Source: Sulfolobales archaeon (GTDB taxonomy: Archaea > Thermoproteota > Thermoprotei_A > Sulfolobales > NBVN01). From it: a stretch of 64,000 nt of DNA. Position numbers and translations under genes: made by a program. How positions within the stretch are numbered: position 1 is the first letter of the stretch; each line of letters begins with the position of its first letter. The DNA lies in assembly GCA_038841535.1 (NCBI GenBank), contig JAWBTQ010000004.1:1-64000 (forward strand), in the 5' to 3' direction. The notes beneath the pieces were generated by a model. That model saw nothing but the letters and a program-made list of their open reading frames with translations. It was not told the DNA's origin and made no database searches. Shown here one piece after another: positions 7,336-18,800 of the stretch.

Positions 7336-8985
7336 CTATTCTTCTTCCTTCTTCTTCTCTTCTTTCTTTTCTTCCTTAGCTCTCGAGGCAGCTATGATGT
7401 CGTCAATTCTCAGTATCATCGTAGCTGCCTCAGTTCCTGCTTTCAAAGCATTAGTCTTAACTATCAATGGCTCCACTACCCCCATTCTTCTAGAGTCATC
7501 GATCGACCCTGTGTATACATTAATACCGAAGTATCTACCATCAGCCTGACTGTGAGCTCTCCTGAGTTCACTAAGTTTTTCTATTGGGTCTAGTCCAGCG
7601 TTTTCCATTAATGTGGCAACAATTCCTTCAAGAGCTTTAGCAAAAGCCTCTATTGCTAAGGACTCCTTACCTCCCACTTTGTTGGCGTAATCTCTTATGT
7701 GTCTAGCTAGCTCTATCTCAAAGGCTCCAGCTCCGTAGACTACCTTAGGTACCTTAACTACGTCAGCTACAACGCTGAGAGCGTCCCTAAATACTCTCTC
7801 AGCTTCGTCGACTACTCTCTCGAGACCTCCCCGAATCAATATGCTGACCGCCTTCGGGTTTTTAGTGCCCTCAACGAACACCATCTTGTCTTCGCCAACC
7901 TTTCTCTCTTCTACGAGTTCTGCGTATCCTAGGTCGTTCTCCGTCAGGTCCTCGATGTTGCTGATTATCCTTCCTCCTGTTGCTCTCTCTAGTTTCTCCA
8001 TGTCAGACCTCTTCACTCTTCTAACAGCTAGAATACCCTTCTTAGCTAAGAAGTGCTGAGCAACATCGTCAATACCCTTCTGACACACAACTACACTAGC
8101 ACCAACAGCAACGATCTTGTCGACCATGGATTTGAGAATGTTTTCCTTTTCCTCGAGGAATCTCCTCATCTGTTCTGGGTCACTGATTCTTATCTCAGCA
8201 TCTATCTCGGTCTTTTCGATCTCTAGTGGAGCATCTAAGAGTATTATTCCAGCTTTCTCCACTCTCTTCGGCATCCCTGGGTGAACTACTTCTTTATCGA
8301 GTATTATCCCATAGACTAACTTAGTATCGGCAAGAGAACCTCCATGCTTCTTTATTATCTGTATGTTGTCTATATCGACGTACTTCCTTCCACCTCTCTC
8401 TTCAACAACCTGCTGCACGGCTCTGACAGCTATTTCAGCAAAGTGGTCTTTAACTCCGTGAACTGCTTTACTAGTTAAAGCCGTTGAAGCTATCTTTTTG
8501 AGGAGCTCGAAGTTCTGCGGGTCTATATCCTCCGCTATTTCACTGGCATACCTAGAAGCCTCTTCTAAAGCTTTCTTATACCCGTTAATTATAACTGTTG
8601 GATGGACATTTTTCAGTAGAAGTTCCTCAGCTGCTTTAAGCAACTCCCCAGCGAATATCACGGATGTCTTGGTTCCATCACCTACTTCTTCGTCCTGACC
8701 CTTAGCTATCTGAACAAGCATCTTAGCTGTGGGGTGCTGAACATCCATTTTGTCGAGTATAGTAGCGCCATCATTAGTTATAGTTATGTCTCCGATAGTG
8801 TCAACCAGCATCTTGTCCATACCGCGAGGTCCGTAGGTTGTTCTAAGCATTTCTGCTACCGTTATGGCAGCCATCATGTTGTTTCTTAGAGCTTCGAACC
8901 CTGCTGTTCGCGTAGAGCCTTCTTTTAGTATGAGTACGGGTATACCCTGTGTCGGTACCAATGCAGCTTTGGCTTTTTCTGCCAT
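7336..8985 (-). CDS. thsB: Thermosome (group II chaperonin), beta-type subunit
   Basis: [36 protein letters not shown]. Confidence 0.95.
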   Translation of the reverse strand: MAEKAKAALVPTQGIPVLILKEGSTRTAGFEALRNNMMAAITVAEMLRTTYGPRGMDKMLVDTIGDITITNDGATILDKMDVQHPTAKMLVQIAKGQDEEVGDGTKTSVIFAGELLKAAEELLLKNVHPTVIINGYKKALEEASRYASEIAEDIDPQNFELLKKIASTALTSKAVHGVKDHFAEIAVRAVQQVVEERGGRKYVDIDNIQIIKKHGGSLADTKLVYGIILDKEVVHPGMPKRVEKAGIILLDAPLEIEKTEIDAEIRISDPEQMRRFLEEKENILKSMVDKIVAVGASVVVCQKGIDDVAQHFLAKKGILAVRRVKRSDMEKLERATGGRIISNIEDLTENDLGYAELVEERKVGEDKMVFVEGTKNPKAVSILIRGGLERVVDEAERVFRDALSVVADVVKVPKVVYGAGAFEIELARHIRDYANKVGGKESLAIEAFAKALEGIVATLMENAGLDPIEKLSELRRAHSQADGRYFGINVYTGSIDDSRRMGVVEPLIVKTNALKAGTEAATMILRIDDIIAASRAKEEKKEEKKKEEE

Positions 8986-9136
8986 CTTATACCCCATAGT
9001 TTTAACATAAAATTCTTCTATTTAAGCTTTTATGAAGCTGAACCGCCCCTGCTTACTGCCTGACGATAAAGCTTAATGCTTCGTTAAAGGTGAATTCTGT
9101 TAGAGAGGACTGCTTGAAGCAACTCTGTGTAGTGGA

Positions 9137-9328
9137 GGGGTTCAGCTCCTATATAGGTTTATATCAGGTGGTGTCATCGCCTTATCTCTGTTCACCCTCA
9201 TTCCGCTCGGGGCCTCATCGGGCTTTGGGGCGTTCGGGCGGCCCCAGACACCCACATCTTGAGTAACGTTTCCATATACATCAACCAATAAGAAAAGATA
9301 TAAAACCCGAAACAGTTGCTTTAGGCTT
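9137..9328 (-). mobile_element. Non-autonomous IS200/IS605-derived element, copy C
   Basis: Minus strand AAGCCTAAAGCAACTGTTTCGGGTTTTATATC..ATGGAAACGTTACTCAAGATGTGGG..ATAGGAGCTGAACCCC. Confidence 0.75.
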
Positions 9329-9418
9329 CACGAGGACTATTAAGCTGATAATATTAAAAGTACGGTACATGATAAAACCTATATTTACTTGGTTCATTCC
9401 TAAGTGTTTGGTGTCTGA

Positions 9419-9724
9419 TTGAGCGATATCGTAATGAGTATAGAAGCTGAGGCAGAGAAGGTACTTGAGAGGGCCAGGAAGAGAGCTCAAGCTATACTAA
9501 CTGAGGCTAAAGCTGAAGCTGAGAGGATTCTTGCTGACGAGAGCTATAGGAAAGAACTCGAGGAGCTCAAAGCGTCATTAGAAAGGTCTTTAGAGAAAGA
9601 GATTCGAGAGATAACTTTGCGTGCTGAAGAGGAAGTGAGAAGGCTGATGTCTTTGTCTGAAGATACTTTGGACAGGCTTGCTAAGAAGATTGCTTCGAAA
9701 GTTGCGGGGATTCAGATTGAGTAG
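9419..9724 (+). CDS. A-type ATP synthase subunit H (peripheral stalk)
   Basis: Charged coiled coil; first gene of the ATP synthase cluster. Confidence 0.7.
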   Translation: MSDIVMSIEAEAEKVLERARKRAQAILTEAKAEAERILADESYRKELEELKASLERSLEKEIREITLRAEEEVRRLMSLSEDTLDRLAKKIASKVAGIQIE

Positions 9725-11654
9725 TATTAGACAGGCTATTCTAAGCGATCCAGATGTAGCTGTGAAAATTGTGGTGATAGTGCCAAAAGACTACGTCAGT
9801 AAAGTTACAGAGCTCATGGTGAGGAGAGGAGTAATAGAACCAGTAGTTCTGGAATCAGGGAGTCCGGCGCTTAAAGAAATCGAAACCTACTTTACTTTTT
9901 TAGATAAAGCAAAAGAAGTGTATCAGTACCTTGAGTCAAATCTCGAGGAGAAGACCGTAGTGCGTATAGAGGTACCTCAGGATAGCCTCAAGGCAGTGCT
10001 AGAGTCTCTAACCAACAGCTTGGAAGAAGTAAGCAAAAGAGTTAGGAACATTAATGAGTTAATCTCTTTGCGTAGAGCAGAACTAGAGGAATTAGAGGCA
10101 ACAAAGAAAATAGCGGAAGTACTAATTAGTAGATACCCCGGCGGTAAGGTTTCACTGCTAAATTACACCGGGAGGCTCGTAGTCATCAGGTCAGTAGTAG
10201 CTACCGAAGGATCCTACGAACAAATAAGAGAAAAGTCTGTTGCCGTGCTTGGAGAGATTCAGCATGGGAGGAAAGTAGTAGCCTCTTTAGCGTTTGCCCC
10301 AGGAGTATTCGAAGACTTAGTTAAGACCTCCGGAATAGATTTGAGGGTACTGGACGTTAGAGAGTATTCAGATGAACGCTTAGAGACTTTCATTGTCAAG
10401 CTCGGGGAAAAGATAGCTGAGATAGGTAAGTCTATAGAGGAACTAAATAGTAGAAAAAGTGAATTACTCAAATCTGTAATCAGGGATATAGCATTATTGA
10501 AGTCCTTAGTTGAAAGCGAGCATGAAAGGCTTAAAATTCTTCGGAGTGCTATGAGCTCTAAGTACGTTACTGTGATATCGGGTTGGGTACTTAAATCCAA
10601 GGTAAGAGACCTTCTTAGATCATTAAGCTCCTACCCTATCTACATTAACATGATCTCTGATGGAAATCCTCCAGTAGAGTTCAATAATCTTGAACCCTTT
10701 AAACCATTTGAGCTACTGACAGAGCTTTACGGTATGCCATCACCACATGAGTGGGATCCAACTCCACTACTAACTTACTCCTTTCTGCTCTTCTTTTCCT
10801 TAATGATGTCTGATGCGGGTTACGGGTTGGGGGTCATTCTAGCTACAAGGTACATATTACCTAAGTTCGCTTCAGATCCAGAGTCTCCAGGATTCTTGAG
10901 GTTAAAGAAAATTCTCTATATTGGAGGAGTTCTCAGCATAGTTGCTGGGATAGCATCCAAGAGCTTTCTCGGCTCTCTAGTGGGTAGATTTATACCGATA
11001 GAAAAACCACTTATTAACACTTTTAACATAATGGAGCTAATAGGACTTAGCCTAATCATAGGTTTCGCATTCACTTTTGTATCGCACCTCATAGCTTTAG
11101 CTAAGAACATAAAGCTTCGTAAGAACTATGACTCAATATACGAAGTGGGCATACTGGTCTTAATGATTGGGGGATTATTCGTTGTGACGCGTGTATTTAA
11201 TTTAGGTTGGATGTACGTCGCTGATGAACTCTACACAACAACACAATCTTTAACTATTGTAGGCATAGCTATGATAATCTTTGCTAAGATCAAGACAACT
11301 GGCAGTGTTGGAAGTTTTCTGTGGCTTTTCGATGTCGTGGGGATAGTGGGTGATGTGTTCTCTTACGTTAGGATAGCCGGTATAGCTGGTGGCACGGCTT
11401 TCTTAGCAGAAGCGTTTAATAGCATACTCTCTGGAGTAGTCGGCAGTATAATAGAGTTCAACTACGTTATAGGTTTAGTTGCTGGAGTATTCTTAGTGTT
11501 GATTATACATACTTTAAATTTAGCCCTCTCAGCTGTGAGCCCGTTTGTCCATTCGTTAAGACTCTGCTTATTTGAGATATCGTCTAAGTTTTTTGAAGCT
11601 CAAGGAAGGAGGATCAAGCCGGTAAAGGTAGTTATCGGGAAAATAATCATATAG
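9717..11654 (+). CDS. atpI: A-type ATP synthase subunit I (a)
   Basis: YGMPSPHEWDPT, DAGYG, GDVFSYVRI, HSLRL..E..SKFF. Confidence 0.92.
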   Translation: MSSIRQAILSDPDVAVKIVVIVPKDYVSKVTELMVRRGVIEPVVLESGSPALKEIETYFTFLDKAKEVYQYLESNLEEKTVVRIEVPQDSLKAVLESLTNSLEEVSKRVRNINELISLRRAELEELEATKKIAEVLISRYPGGKVSLLNYTGRLVVIRSVVATEGSYEQIREKSVAVLGEIQHGRKVVASLAFAPGVFEDLVKTSGIDLRVLDVREYSDERLETFIVKLGEKIAEIGKSIEELNSRKSELLKSVIRDIALLKSLVESEHERLKILRSAMSSKYVTVISGWVLKSKVRDLLRSLSSYPIYINMISDGNPPVEFNNLEPFKPFELLTELYGMPSPHEWDPTPLLTYSFLLFFSLMMSDAGYGLGVILATRYILPKFASDPESPGFLRLKKILYIGGVLSIVAGIASKSFLGSLVGRFIPIEKPLINTFNIMELIGLSLIIGFAFTFVSHLIALAKNIKLRKNYDSIYEVGILVLMIGGLFVVTRVFNLGWMYVADELYTTTQSLTIVGIAMIIFAKIKTTGSVGSFLWLFDVVGIVGDVFSYVRIAGIAGGTAFLAEAFNSILSGVVGSIIEFNYVIGLVAGVFLVLIIHTLNLALSAVSPFVHSLRLCLFEISSKFFEAQGRRIKPVKVVIGKIII

Positions 11655-11993
11655 CAACACATAAACCTCAATACATTGTGACGTAAAGTACCTAACATAG
11701 ACCTCAATCTAAGAGTCGTCTCGTAATCATTACGTAAGAAGCGTAAGTGATATTTGCTGATGGTTCTTCTAAGAATAGCTAAAAGACGGTAAGTGTCGGG
11801 ATGAAGCATTTAACCCCTCATTGAAAGCATATAGAGTGCCTATATAAAGACTCCACGGCTTCTAGACGAAGACAACCGGTTAGTAGGAAACAACTCTTTA
11901 AGTAAACTAAAAACATTAAGTTAATTCATACCTACTACCGTGGGGCTGTAATGCTTATATAGTGATTCTATAGTTGATTTAGGAGATTTAAAC

Positions 11994-12473
11994 ATGGAGG
12001 CGGGTGTAATAGCGTATCTGGCTCCCGCTTTAGCTGAAGCTTTAGCTGTCATAGGGACAACTCTGGGTATTAGGAGAGCTGCTTCTGTCGGTCTCTCTAT
12101 AATATCTGAGGAGCCTGCTATGCGAGCACCCGTACTGCTCTTAACGTTCTTTCCAGCGTCTCAAACCCTCATATATGGCTTCGTGTTCGTTTACTTTATG
12201 TATTCACAGTATTTACCAGCAGCTTTAGCTAAATATGGAGGTATTATACCGATAACAACCGCGTTAGCGTTCTTAGGAGTATCACTGTTCGTAGGATTCG
12301 CACAGCTGTTTTCGGCGTGGATGCAGGGGATAGTGTGCGCAGATGCCATATCCCTCCTAGTGAAGACTAGGGGAGGCATATTCTCTATGGGGCTAATCTT
12401 AGCTGCCTATGAAGAGCTCTTCGGAATGTTAGGATTAGTATACGGTTTTCTTATGGTTTCATTGGTGGTTTAA
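11994..12473 (+). CDS. atpK: A-type ATP synthase subunit K (c), duplicated 4-TM form
   Basis: 159 aa with four hydrophobic helices; PASQ..IYG, QG and EE motifs; AGGAG SD. Confidence 0.88.
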   Translation: MEAGVIAYLAPALAEALAVIGTTLGIRRAASVGLSIISEEPAMRAPVLLLTFFPASQTLIYGFVFVYFMYSQYLPAALAKYGGIIPITTALAFLGVSLFVGFAQLFSAWMQGIVCADAISLLVKTRGGIFSMGLILAAYEELFGMLGLVYGFLMVSLVV

Positions 12474-13072
12474 TGAGTTCTATAGAGTCACTGAGAGAAG
12501 CTGTTTTAAAGAAGGCGCGTGAAGATGCTGAGAGAATAGTTGCTGCTGCTCAAGAAGAGGCTAGAAAAATTTTAGAGGAAGCTAGGGATAGGAAGAGAGC
12601 CATCGTCGAATCAGAGAGAAAGAAGGTAATATCAGAACTAAGCTATGAGGCTAAAATAGCTGAAGCTAAGATGAAAGCTAGACTCACCGTGAATAAAGCT
12701 AGGTACGAGCTTGTTAACAAAGCTACCTCTAAGGCAGCGCTGTTCCTAGAGGAATTAAAGCCTGAGTATAGGTTTCTATCCTTGAAGAATCTCTTGGAGG
12801 AAGCCATCGATGTAGCTGAGAATAGTTTAGGAAAACTAAGCAAGCTAATAGCGTATGTATCTGAGAGAGACTTAGAACTGGCTAGAGAAGTTGTAGAGGA
12901 GCTAGCTGTGACCCGTAGGATAGAGCTAGAACTGCGGACAGCAGGGATTTCTGGTGGTGTTATTGTTGAAGACCCCGAGGGTAGAATAAGAATAGATAAC
13001 AGTTACAACTCCAGGATCAAAGTATTTCTCTCCAGGTTGAGCAAAGACGTCATACAAGAGGTGGGTCTTTGA
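12473..13072 (+). CDS. atpE: A-type ATP synthase subunit E
   Basis: Coiled-coil N-terminus, ISGGVIVE..G.IRIDNS. Confidence 0.9.
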   Translation: MSSIESLREAVLKKAREDAERIVAAAQEEARKILEEARDRKRAIVESERKKVISELSYEAKIAEAKMKARLTVNKARYELVNKATSKAALFLEELKPEYRFLSLKNLLEEAIDVAENSLGKLSKLIAYVSERDLELAREVVEELAVTRRIELELRTAGISGGVIVEDPEGRIRIDNSYNSRIKVFLSRLSKDVIQEVGL

Positions 13073-13923
13073 GGCCTTCAAGAGAAGTGTCAGTAGGTTT
13101 GATCCAGACCCTAATGAGTAGACCTCCCAGAATGCTCGATATGCTCGAAATAGCTTTAAGAGATTTAGACATTAGCATAGAAACGGCATCTCAACAGTAC
13201 GGTTTTAGGCTAATGCTCATAAACCTCCGTGATGTGAGGTCTTACGAAGAACTTGATCGGCAAATACACGCAGTTCTTAAGAATGAGATCGGTGAGGTTG
13301 TAAAGTATTTGCCACAGGTTTACCTTAACTACGTTAAGGCATTTTTTGAATTAGGGGAGCTAGAGCTTAGGTGTCTAGGTTCTTCCAAGGCTGCAGGACC
13401 AGCATCTTACGCTCTATCTCTACTAACTGGCAAAGATGTGGAGGAGAAGTCAGCCGTTATCACTCATTTTGAGCATGGTACCTGTAGAAACGGAATCGAA
13501 GGTCTATTAATAGAGTACTTAAATAAGGTGCGAAATTCCTTTAACGAAATAGGCGAAGACTGCACATGGGTTTACGAGGTGATCAAGTCATTAGCTGTGC
13601 TACACTACTTTAGGTATTTAAGAAACGCCGAGCTCCTCGGTTTAGTATCTCCTAAACTCGATCAGTTTCTAAGACTCCTTAACTTAAGTCCTCTTACTGA
13701 GATACCCCTTAAGAGAGCAGTTGAATCACTGGAGCGAGTTGATAAGGCAGGGTTAATTAAGTACACTGTTTATGAGGCAGTCGAAGCTCTCAACATAGCT
13801 AATAGGCTACTGTCACACAGAGATGGGCTAATCAATTTACTAACTCTCTACTTAGTGACTAAGTACTACGAATCTAAGATACTGCGATACGTTTTTCTAC
13901 CCAAGATGCTTAAGAGGTGGTAA
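13069..13923 (+). CDS. atpC: Probable A-type ATP synthase subunit C (divergent)
   Basis: Lies between E and F, is alpha-helical and of plausible size; few motifs recognisable. Confidence 0.55.
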   Translation: MRPSREVSVGLIQTLMSRPPRMLDMLEIALRDLDISIETASQQYGFRLMLINLRDVRSYEELDRQIHAVLKNEIGEVVKYLPQVYLNYVKAFFELGELELRCLGSSKAAGPASYALSLLTGKDVEEKSAVITHFEHGTCRNGIEGLLIEYLNKVRNSFNEIGEDCTWVYEVIKSLAVLHYFRYLRNAELLGLVSPKLDQFLRLLNLSPLTEIPLKRAVESLERVDKAGLIKYTVYEAVEALNIANRLLSHRDGLINLLTLYLVTKYYESKILRYVFLPKMLKRW

Positions 13924-13925
13924 GT

Positions 13926-14264
13926 ATGTCCGGAGTTAAAAAGCTCAAGCTGGCTGCGGTAGTAAAGAAAGAGCTAGTGCCTCTAGTCAAGATCTTGGGA
14001 ACAACTAACGTGGTAGGCGTTGACGATGGGGTAGGAGCGTCTATGGCTGTAACAGAGTTCTTGAGATCGGGAGATGTAGCAGTAATAGCCGTACAAAAAT
14101 CTCTTTTTAGAGCAATGAAAGTGCCTGCGGAGGTCTACGCTAGACTCTATCCTATACTGATAGAGATCCCCGACGAACCCAGGGATCTCACAGCAGACCC
14201 TCAGGAGTACTATCGAGATCTCATACGTAAGTTTATCGGGTATGAGGTTTACTTAGGTGAGTAG
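13926..14264 (+). CDS. atpF: A-type ATP synthase subunit F
   Basis: P.LIEIP..LIRKFIG pattern and operon position. Confidence 0.85.
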   Translation: MSGVKKLKLAAVVKKELVPLVKILGTTNVVGVDDGVGASMAVTEFLRSGDVAVIAVQKSLFRAMKVPAEVYARLYPILIEIPDEPRDLTADPQEYYRDLIRKFIGYEVYLGE

Positions 14265-16035
14265 TGTGGATAATGTTGGAAGGATATACAGGATCTCGGG
14301 TCCTCTCATCGTAGCTGAAGGTCTAGTGGGCGTTATGATGTACGAAGTCGTTAAAGTAGGTGAAGAAGGTCTAATAGGTGAGGTAATCGCTATTAGGGGC
14401 GATAGAGCCTACATTCAGGTTTACGAAGAAACTTCAGGTTTAACTGTTGGTGAAAAAGTTTCGGCTACCGGTAGACCTCTATCGGCTGAACTAGGTCCTG
14501 GTTTAATAGGTTCGATCTATGATGGTCTTCAAAGACCGGAGAAAGATATAGGTGTTAGAACTGGGAGTATATTCATAAAGCGTGGCGTTAGCGTTCCATC
14601 TCTAAACCGAGAGGTCAAGTGGAGTTATGAGAGAAGTAGGGATGTAAAGCCTGGGGACAAAGTACTCCCAGGAGATGTAATCGGGTTTGTTAGGGAGACA
14701 CCGTTGGTGGTGCACAAGATAATGATCTCACCCGGGGTAAGCGGGTACATCAAGTGGATTGCTGAAGATGGTGAGTACACTGTTGATTATTCTGTGGCCA
14801 TAGTGGCTTCAGGTGATAGAGAGTACGAAGTAAAGATGTATCAGCTTTGGCCCATTAGAAAGCCGAGACCCTACTCTGAGAAGCTTAGTCCCGTGGAGCC
14901 GCTAATTACGGGTATAAGGGTAATAGATTATTTGTTCCCTATAGCAAAAGGAGGTAAAGCAGCCATACCTGGAGGCTTTGGTACGGGCAAAACCGTAGCT
15001 CTCCAGGAAATAACTAAGTGGAGCCACTCCGATATAGCTATCTACGTAGGCTGCGGTGAAAGAGGTAATGAGATGTCAGATGCTCTCACGAGCTTCATGA
15101 AGCTCATGGATCCGAGGAGGGGTAGGCCCATGATGGAGAGGTCGGTGTTCATAGCCAATACGAGTAACATGCCGGTAGCTGCCAGAGAAACTAGCGTGTT
15201 TCTAGGTATAACTATCGGAGAGTATTTTAGAGATATGGGCTATGATGTGGTCATGGTTGCTGATTCCACTAGCCGATGGGCGGAGGCAATGCGAGAAATA
15301 AGTGGCAGAATGGAGGAAATGCCTGGTGAGGAGGGTTTTCCAGCATATTTATCGAGTAGACTTGCCGAGTTTTACGAGAGAGCTGGTAGGGTCATGACCT
15401 TGGGTAGACCTGAGAGGTACGGTAGCCTCACGGTATTTGGAGCCGTGTCACCTCCAGGTGGAGACTTTAGTGAGCCAGTTGTTAGATCGACTGTTAGGTA
15501 TGTTCAGTGCTTTTACGCACTAGACTATGGTTTAGCTACTCGTCGCCACTTCCCGGCAATCAATTGGCTCCTCAGCTACAGTCTGTACATAGACTTCGTT
15601 AGAGATTACTGGAACAAGCTGAGTAGCTGGAGTGAGTATAGAGATGCTGCGTTAAAGATTTTACAGCGCGAGGCAGAACTAAGCGATATAGTAAGATTAG
15701 TCGGTCCTGAAGCACTTCCAGAAGAGGATAAGCTAGTGTTGGAAGTCTCTAGGATGATACGTGAGGACTTTCTGCAGCAGAGCGCTTTAAATCCTGTTGA
15801 TGCGTATTCTCCACCAGAAAAAGATGCGATGATTATGGAGGCTATCATGGAGTTCTACCGGCTCTCCAGAAAGGCTTTAACCAAGGGTGTCACTGTCTCT
15901 AGAATTAGGGAACTCAAGAGTAGGTCTGAAATAGCTCAAATGAAGTATTACACTTTCGAACAACTAAAGGAGGGAGCGTACAACAAGATTATTGAGAGCA
16001 TTAAAGCGGATTTCAAGGGGCTAGTGGGTGATTAA
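14257..16035 (+). CDS. atpA: A-type ATP synthase subunit A
   Basis: [38 protein letters not shown]; no intein. Confidence 0.97.
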   Translation: MSSVDNVGRIYRISGPLIVAEGLVGVMMYEVVKVGEEGLIGEVIAIRGDRAYIQVYEETSGLTVGEKVSATGRPLSAELGPGLIGSIYDGLQRPEKDIGVRTGSIFIKRGVSVPSLNREVKWSYERSRDVKPGDKVLPGDVIGFVRETPLVVHKIMISPGVSGYIKWIAEDGEYTVDYSVAIVASGDREYEVKMYQLWPIRKPRPYSEKLSPVEPLITGIRVIDYLFPIAKGGKAAIPGGFGTGKTVALQEITKWSHSDIAIYVGCGERGNEMSDALTSFMKLMDPRRGRPMMERSVFIANTSNMPVAARETSVFLGITIGEYFRDMGYDVVMVADSTSRWAEAMREISGRMEEMPGEEGFPAYLSSRLAEFYERAGRVMTLGRPERYGSLTVFGAVSPPGGDFSEPVVRSTVRYVQCFYALDYGLATRRHFPAINWLLSYSLYIDFVRDYWNKLSSWSEYRDAALKILQREAELSDIVRLVGPEALPEEDKLVLEVSRMIREDFLQQSALNPVDAYSPPEKDAMIMEAIMEFYRLSRKALTKGVTVSRIRELKSRSEIAQMKYYTFEQLKEGAYNKIIESIKADFKGLVGD

Positions 16036-17449
16036 ATTGCTGCGCGAGAGGCTCTACGTTAAGTCCACTAAGCAGATCTTTGGGGTTAGAGGCTCACTAC
16101 TATTCGTGAGAGCTATAGGGGGAATAAGATATGGCGAATTAGTTGAGGTATCAATTAACGGTTCCTCAATACTGGGTCAGGTTATAGACGTCAGTAGAGA
16201 CGTAGCGATTATTCAGGTTTTTGGTAGCACTACTGGAATAACTCCTGGAGTAAGTATCGTGAAGTTCTATGGTGAAACAATAAAGATTCCAGTATCTTTA
16301 GACATGCTCGGTAGGATTTTTGATGGATTATCTAGACCCATTGATGGAGGTCCTCAGGTAATTCCAGAAGACTACTTAGACATTCATGGAAGCGCTCTTA
16401 ATCCAGCTCTTAGAGTTCCGCCTTCAGAGCCTATTGAAACAGGTATTTCGGTAATAGACGGACTTCTGACTTTAGTGAGAGGTCAGAAGCTACCCATATT
16501 TAGTGGTTCCGGGCTTCCTCATAACAGAATAGCGATGCAGGTCGTTAGACAGGCAGCTGTTAGGGGGTCAGAGGAGAGATTCGTTGTTGTCTTCGGTGCT
16601 ATAGGAGTCACTTACGAGGAAGCAGCTTATTTTCTGCGTGAGCTTAGGTCTATGGGTGCTCTAGATAGAACCGTTGCCTTCATAGCCCCTGCTTCAGCTT
16701 CTACGGTCGAGAAACTAGCACTACCAAGAACTGCTCTCACCGTAGCCGAGTTTCTAGCTTGGAATTACGATATGCATGTCTTAACTATACTAACGGATAT
16801 GACAAACTATGCGGAATCCCTTAAGGAGATTTCAGCTGCTAGAGAGGAAGTACCGGGCAGAAGGGGCTATCCCGGTTACATGTATACTGACTTAGCGACT
16901 ATATACGAGAGAGCCGGTAGAGTTGGGACTAGGAAGGGAAGCATGACTATAATGCCCATACTCACCATGCCTGATGACGATATAACTCACCCGATTCCAG
17001 ACCTAACTGGGTACATAACCGAGGGTCAGATAGTTTTGTCTAGGGATATGTGGCGTAAAGGTATATACCCACCAGTCGACGTTTTTCTCTCTCTGTCGAG
17101 GCTGATGAAGGAGGGTATAGGTAAGGACAAAACCAGGGAGGACCACAGAGAGCTATTCTCTCAGCTCATATCGGCATATGCTGAAGCGCAATACCTTAGA
17201 GAGCTGTCGGCTATTGTTGGAACGGAGTCTCTTTCTCTCAGAGATAAGAGGTATCTAGAGTTCGCAGACCTCTTCGAAAGAAAGTTCATAAATCAGGGGG
17301 AGTATGAGAGAAGAACTTTTGAACTAACTTTAGACCTAGGGTGGGAGATGCTTTCTCTACTACCTGAGGAAGAGCTAAAGCAGATAAGCCCCCAAACGCT
17401 AAAGAAGTACCACCCCAAGTATAGGCTAGAGCTAGTAGGTAGGAGGTAG
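16028..17449 (+). CDS. atpB: A-type ATP synthase subunit B
   Basis: [44 protein letters not shown]. Confidence 0.97.
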   Translation: MIKLLRERLYVKSTKQIFGVRGSLLFVRAIGGIRYGELVEVSINGSSILGQVIDVSRDVAIIQVFGSTTGITPGVSIVKFYGETIKIPVSLDMLGRIFDGLSRPIDGGPQVIPEDYLDIHGSALNPALRVPPSEPIETGISVIDGLLTLVRGQKLPIFSGSGLPHNRIAMQVVRQAAVRGSEERFVVVFGAIGVTYEEAAYFLRELRSMGALDRTVAFIAPASASTVEKLALPRTALTVAEFLAWNYDMHVLTILTDMTNYAESLKEISAAREEVPGRRGYPGYMYTDLATIYERAGRVGTRKGSMTIMPILTMPDDDITHPIPDLTGYITEGQIVLSRDMWRKGIYPPVDVFLSLSRLMKEGIGKDKTREDHRELFSQLISAYAEAQYLRELSAIVGTESLSLRDKRYLEFADLFERKFINQGEYERRTFELTLDLGWEMLSLLPEEELKQISPQTLKKYHPKYRLELVGRR

Positions 17450-18085
17450 ATGAGTTCTGGAGATATAATAAAGATCTCTAGACCTACCAAAATTGAGCTA
17501 ATAAGGCTGAGAAGGAGGCTTATACTAGCCAGGAGATTACATAGAATACTGCGCGATAGATTAACCCTTCTTGTGCAAGAGTTCTATATAGCTTTGCGGA
17601 AGGCACTTGAACTAAGAAGGAAGTTCAATGAGATGCTATTGGAGGTATACCAAAGCTACTATAGTACGCTGAGAATCCACAGCTACGAACTCTTAGACTC
17701 TATCTCTAGTTCTGTTGCGGTAGACCTCAGGGTTGTTGCTGGAACTAGGAATGCTGTAGGTGTCTCTGTGCCCATGCTGGAACTAAGAGACGTACCTCAA
17801 AGCTCTCCTTTAATTCCCATAGAGTCCTACAGGATCCAGCTCAAGAGGAGGGAATTGCTTGAGTTAATTGTTCTACTGGCAGAGTACGAAAAATCTCTTA
17901 TACTAATAGGTAGCGAGATAGCTAGAACGAGGAGGAAAGTAATGATGCTGGAGAAAGTCCTCATACCTAGGATTATGAGGACGATAGCATACCTCAAGAT
18001 GAAGTTCGACGAAATGGAGAGAGAAGAAAAAGTCAGATTAATGAGGACTAAGGTTATGCTTGAGAGAGCTCGCGCTTCTCAATAG
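17450..18085 (+). CDS. atpD: A-type ATP synthase subunit D
   Basis: PTKIEL.RL, TRRKV..LEKVLIP, E.EREE..RL. Confidence 0.93.
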   Translation: MSSGDIIKISRPTKIELIRLRRRLILARRLHRILRDRLTLLVQEFYIALRKALELRRKFNEMLLEVYQSYYSTLRIHSYELLDSISSSVAVDLRVVAGTRNAVGVSVPMLELRDVPQSSPLIPIESYRIQLKRRELLELIVLLAEYEKSLILIGSEIARTRRKVMMLEKVLIPRIMRTIAYLKMKFDEMEREEKVRLMRTKVMLERARASQ

Positions 18086-18779
18086 CTTTCAGCATAGCCT
18101 CAACCATGCTTCTCAAAACTCCCTCGGGATTGTGGGACTTCATTACTGCGGACGATACTAATACCCCACTAGTTCCTAAGAGAACTGCGGCTTCCGAATC
18201 TTCGGCTGAAGATATCCCAGCACCAGTAAGTATTATGATGTCCTTGTTATATCGCCTTATAGTTATAGTAGAGTTAGTGATTACTTCAGGTTTTACTCTA
18301 GATACCGCGAGTCCAGTGCCAATCAGCTCGGGTGGCTCTACAGCCACCATGTCCGGTTTCAGTATCGAGATAGCAGCTGCTTCTTCAGGTTTTGTAGCGC
18401 ACACTAAAGTCCTTAGCTCCAGGTGCTTAGCTCTCTCTATGAGGAAGCTTATTTCGTCAAGTCTGAGTCTCCTCTCACTGTGGTTAGCTATAAATCCAAC
18501 AGCTCCAGCATCCTTAATCGCTTCTGGAGGTATGGCACCAGTATTGGCACCCAGCTCTACGGGGTCAGCGTGTTGAGCGAAAACCGGGATTTCTAGGGTC
18601 TCTGAGAGTGTTCTCAGTTCAGTAAATGGTGGAGCAATGATTACTGTAGCTAAGCCTTCGAAGTCTAGGTGTACTTTCTCGGCGGCTTTACCTATGGCGA
18701 GGGCTCTTCTTCCTATGGAGGAATCGTACACCTTGAAGTTTACAACGAGTAGCGGCTCTTTCAAAGCCACTGAGATCAT
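18054..18779 (-). CDS. tpiA: Triosephosphate isomerase (archaeal type)
   Basis: NFK, NHSE, AVEPPELIGTG, GAGIS. Confidence 0.95.
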   Translation of the reverse strand: MISVALKEPLLVVNFKVYDSSIGRRALAIGKAAEKVHLDFEGLATVIIAPPFTELRTLSETLEIPVFAQHADPVELGANTGAIPPEAIKDAGAVGFIANHSERRLRLDEISFLIERAKHLELRTLVCATKPEEAAAISILKPDMVAVEPPELIGTGLAVSRVKPEVITNSTITIRRYNKDIIILTGAGISSAEDSEAAVLLGTSGVLVSSAVMKSHNPEGVLRSMVEAMLKAIEKRELSQA

Positions 18780-18800
18780 GTCGACCCTCTTCTTGTTAAG

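Noticed and set aside
11811-11828. CRISPR-like end ATTGAAAG (also at 28634)
   Set aside because: Isolated, with no repeat-spacer array or cas genes.
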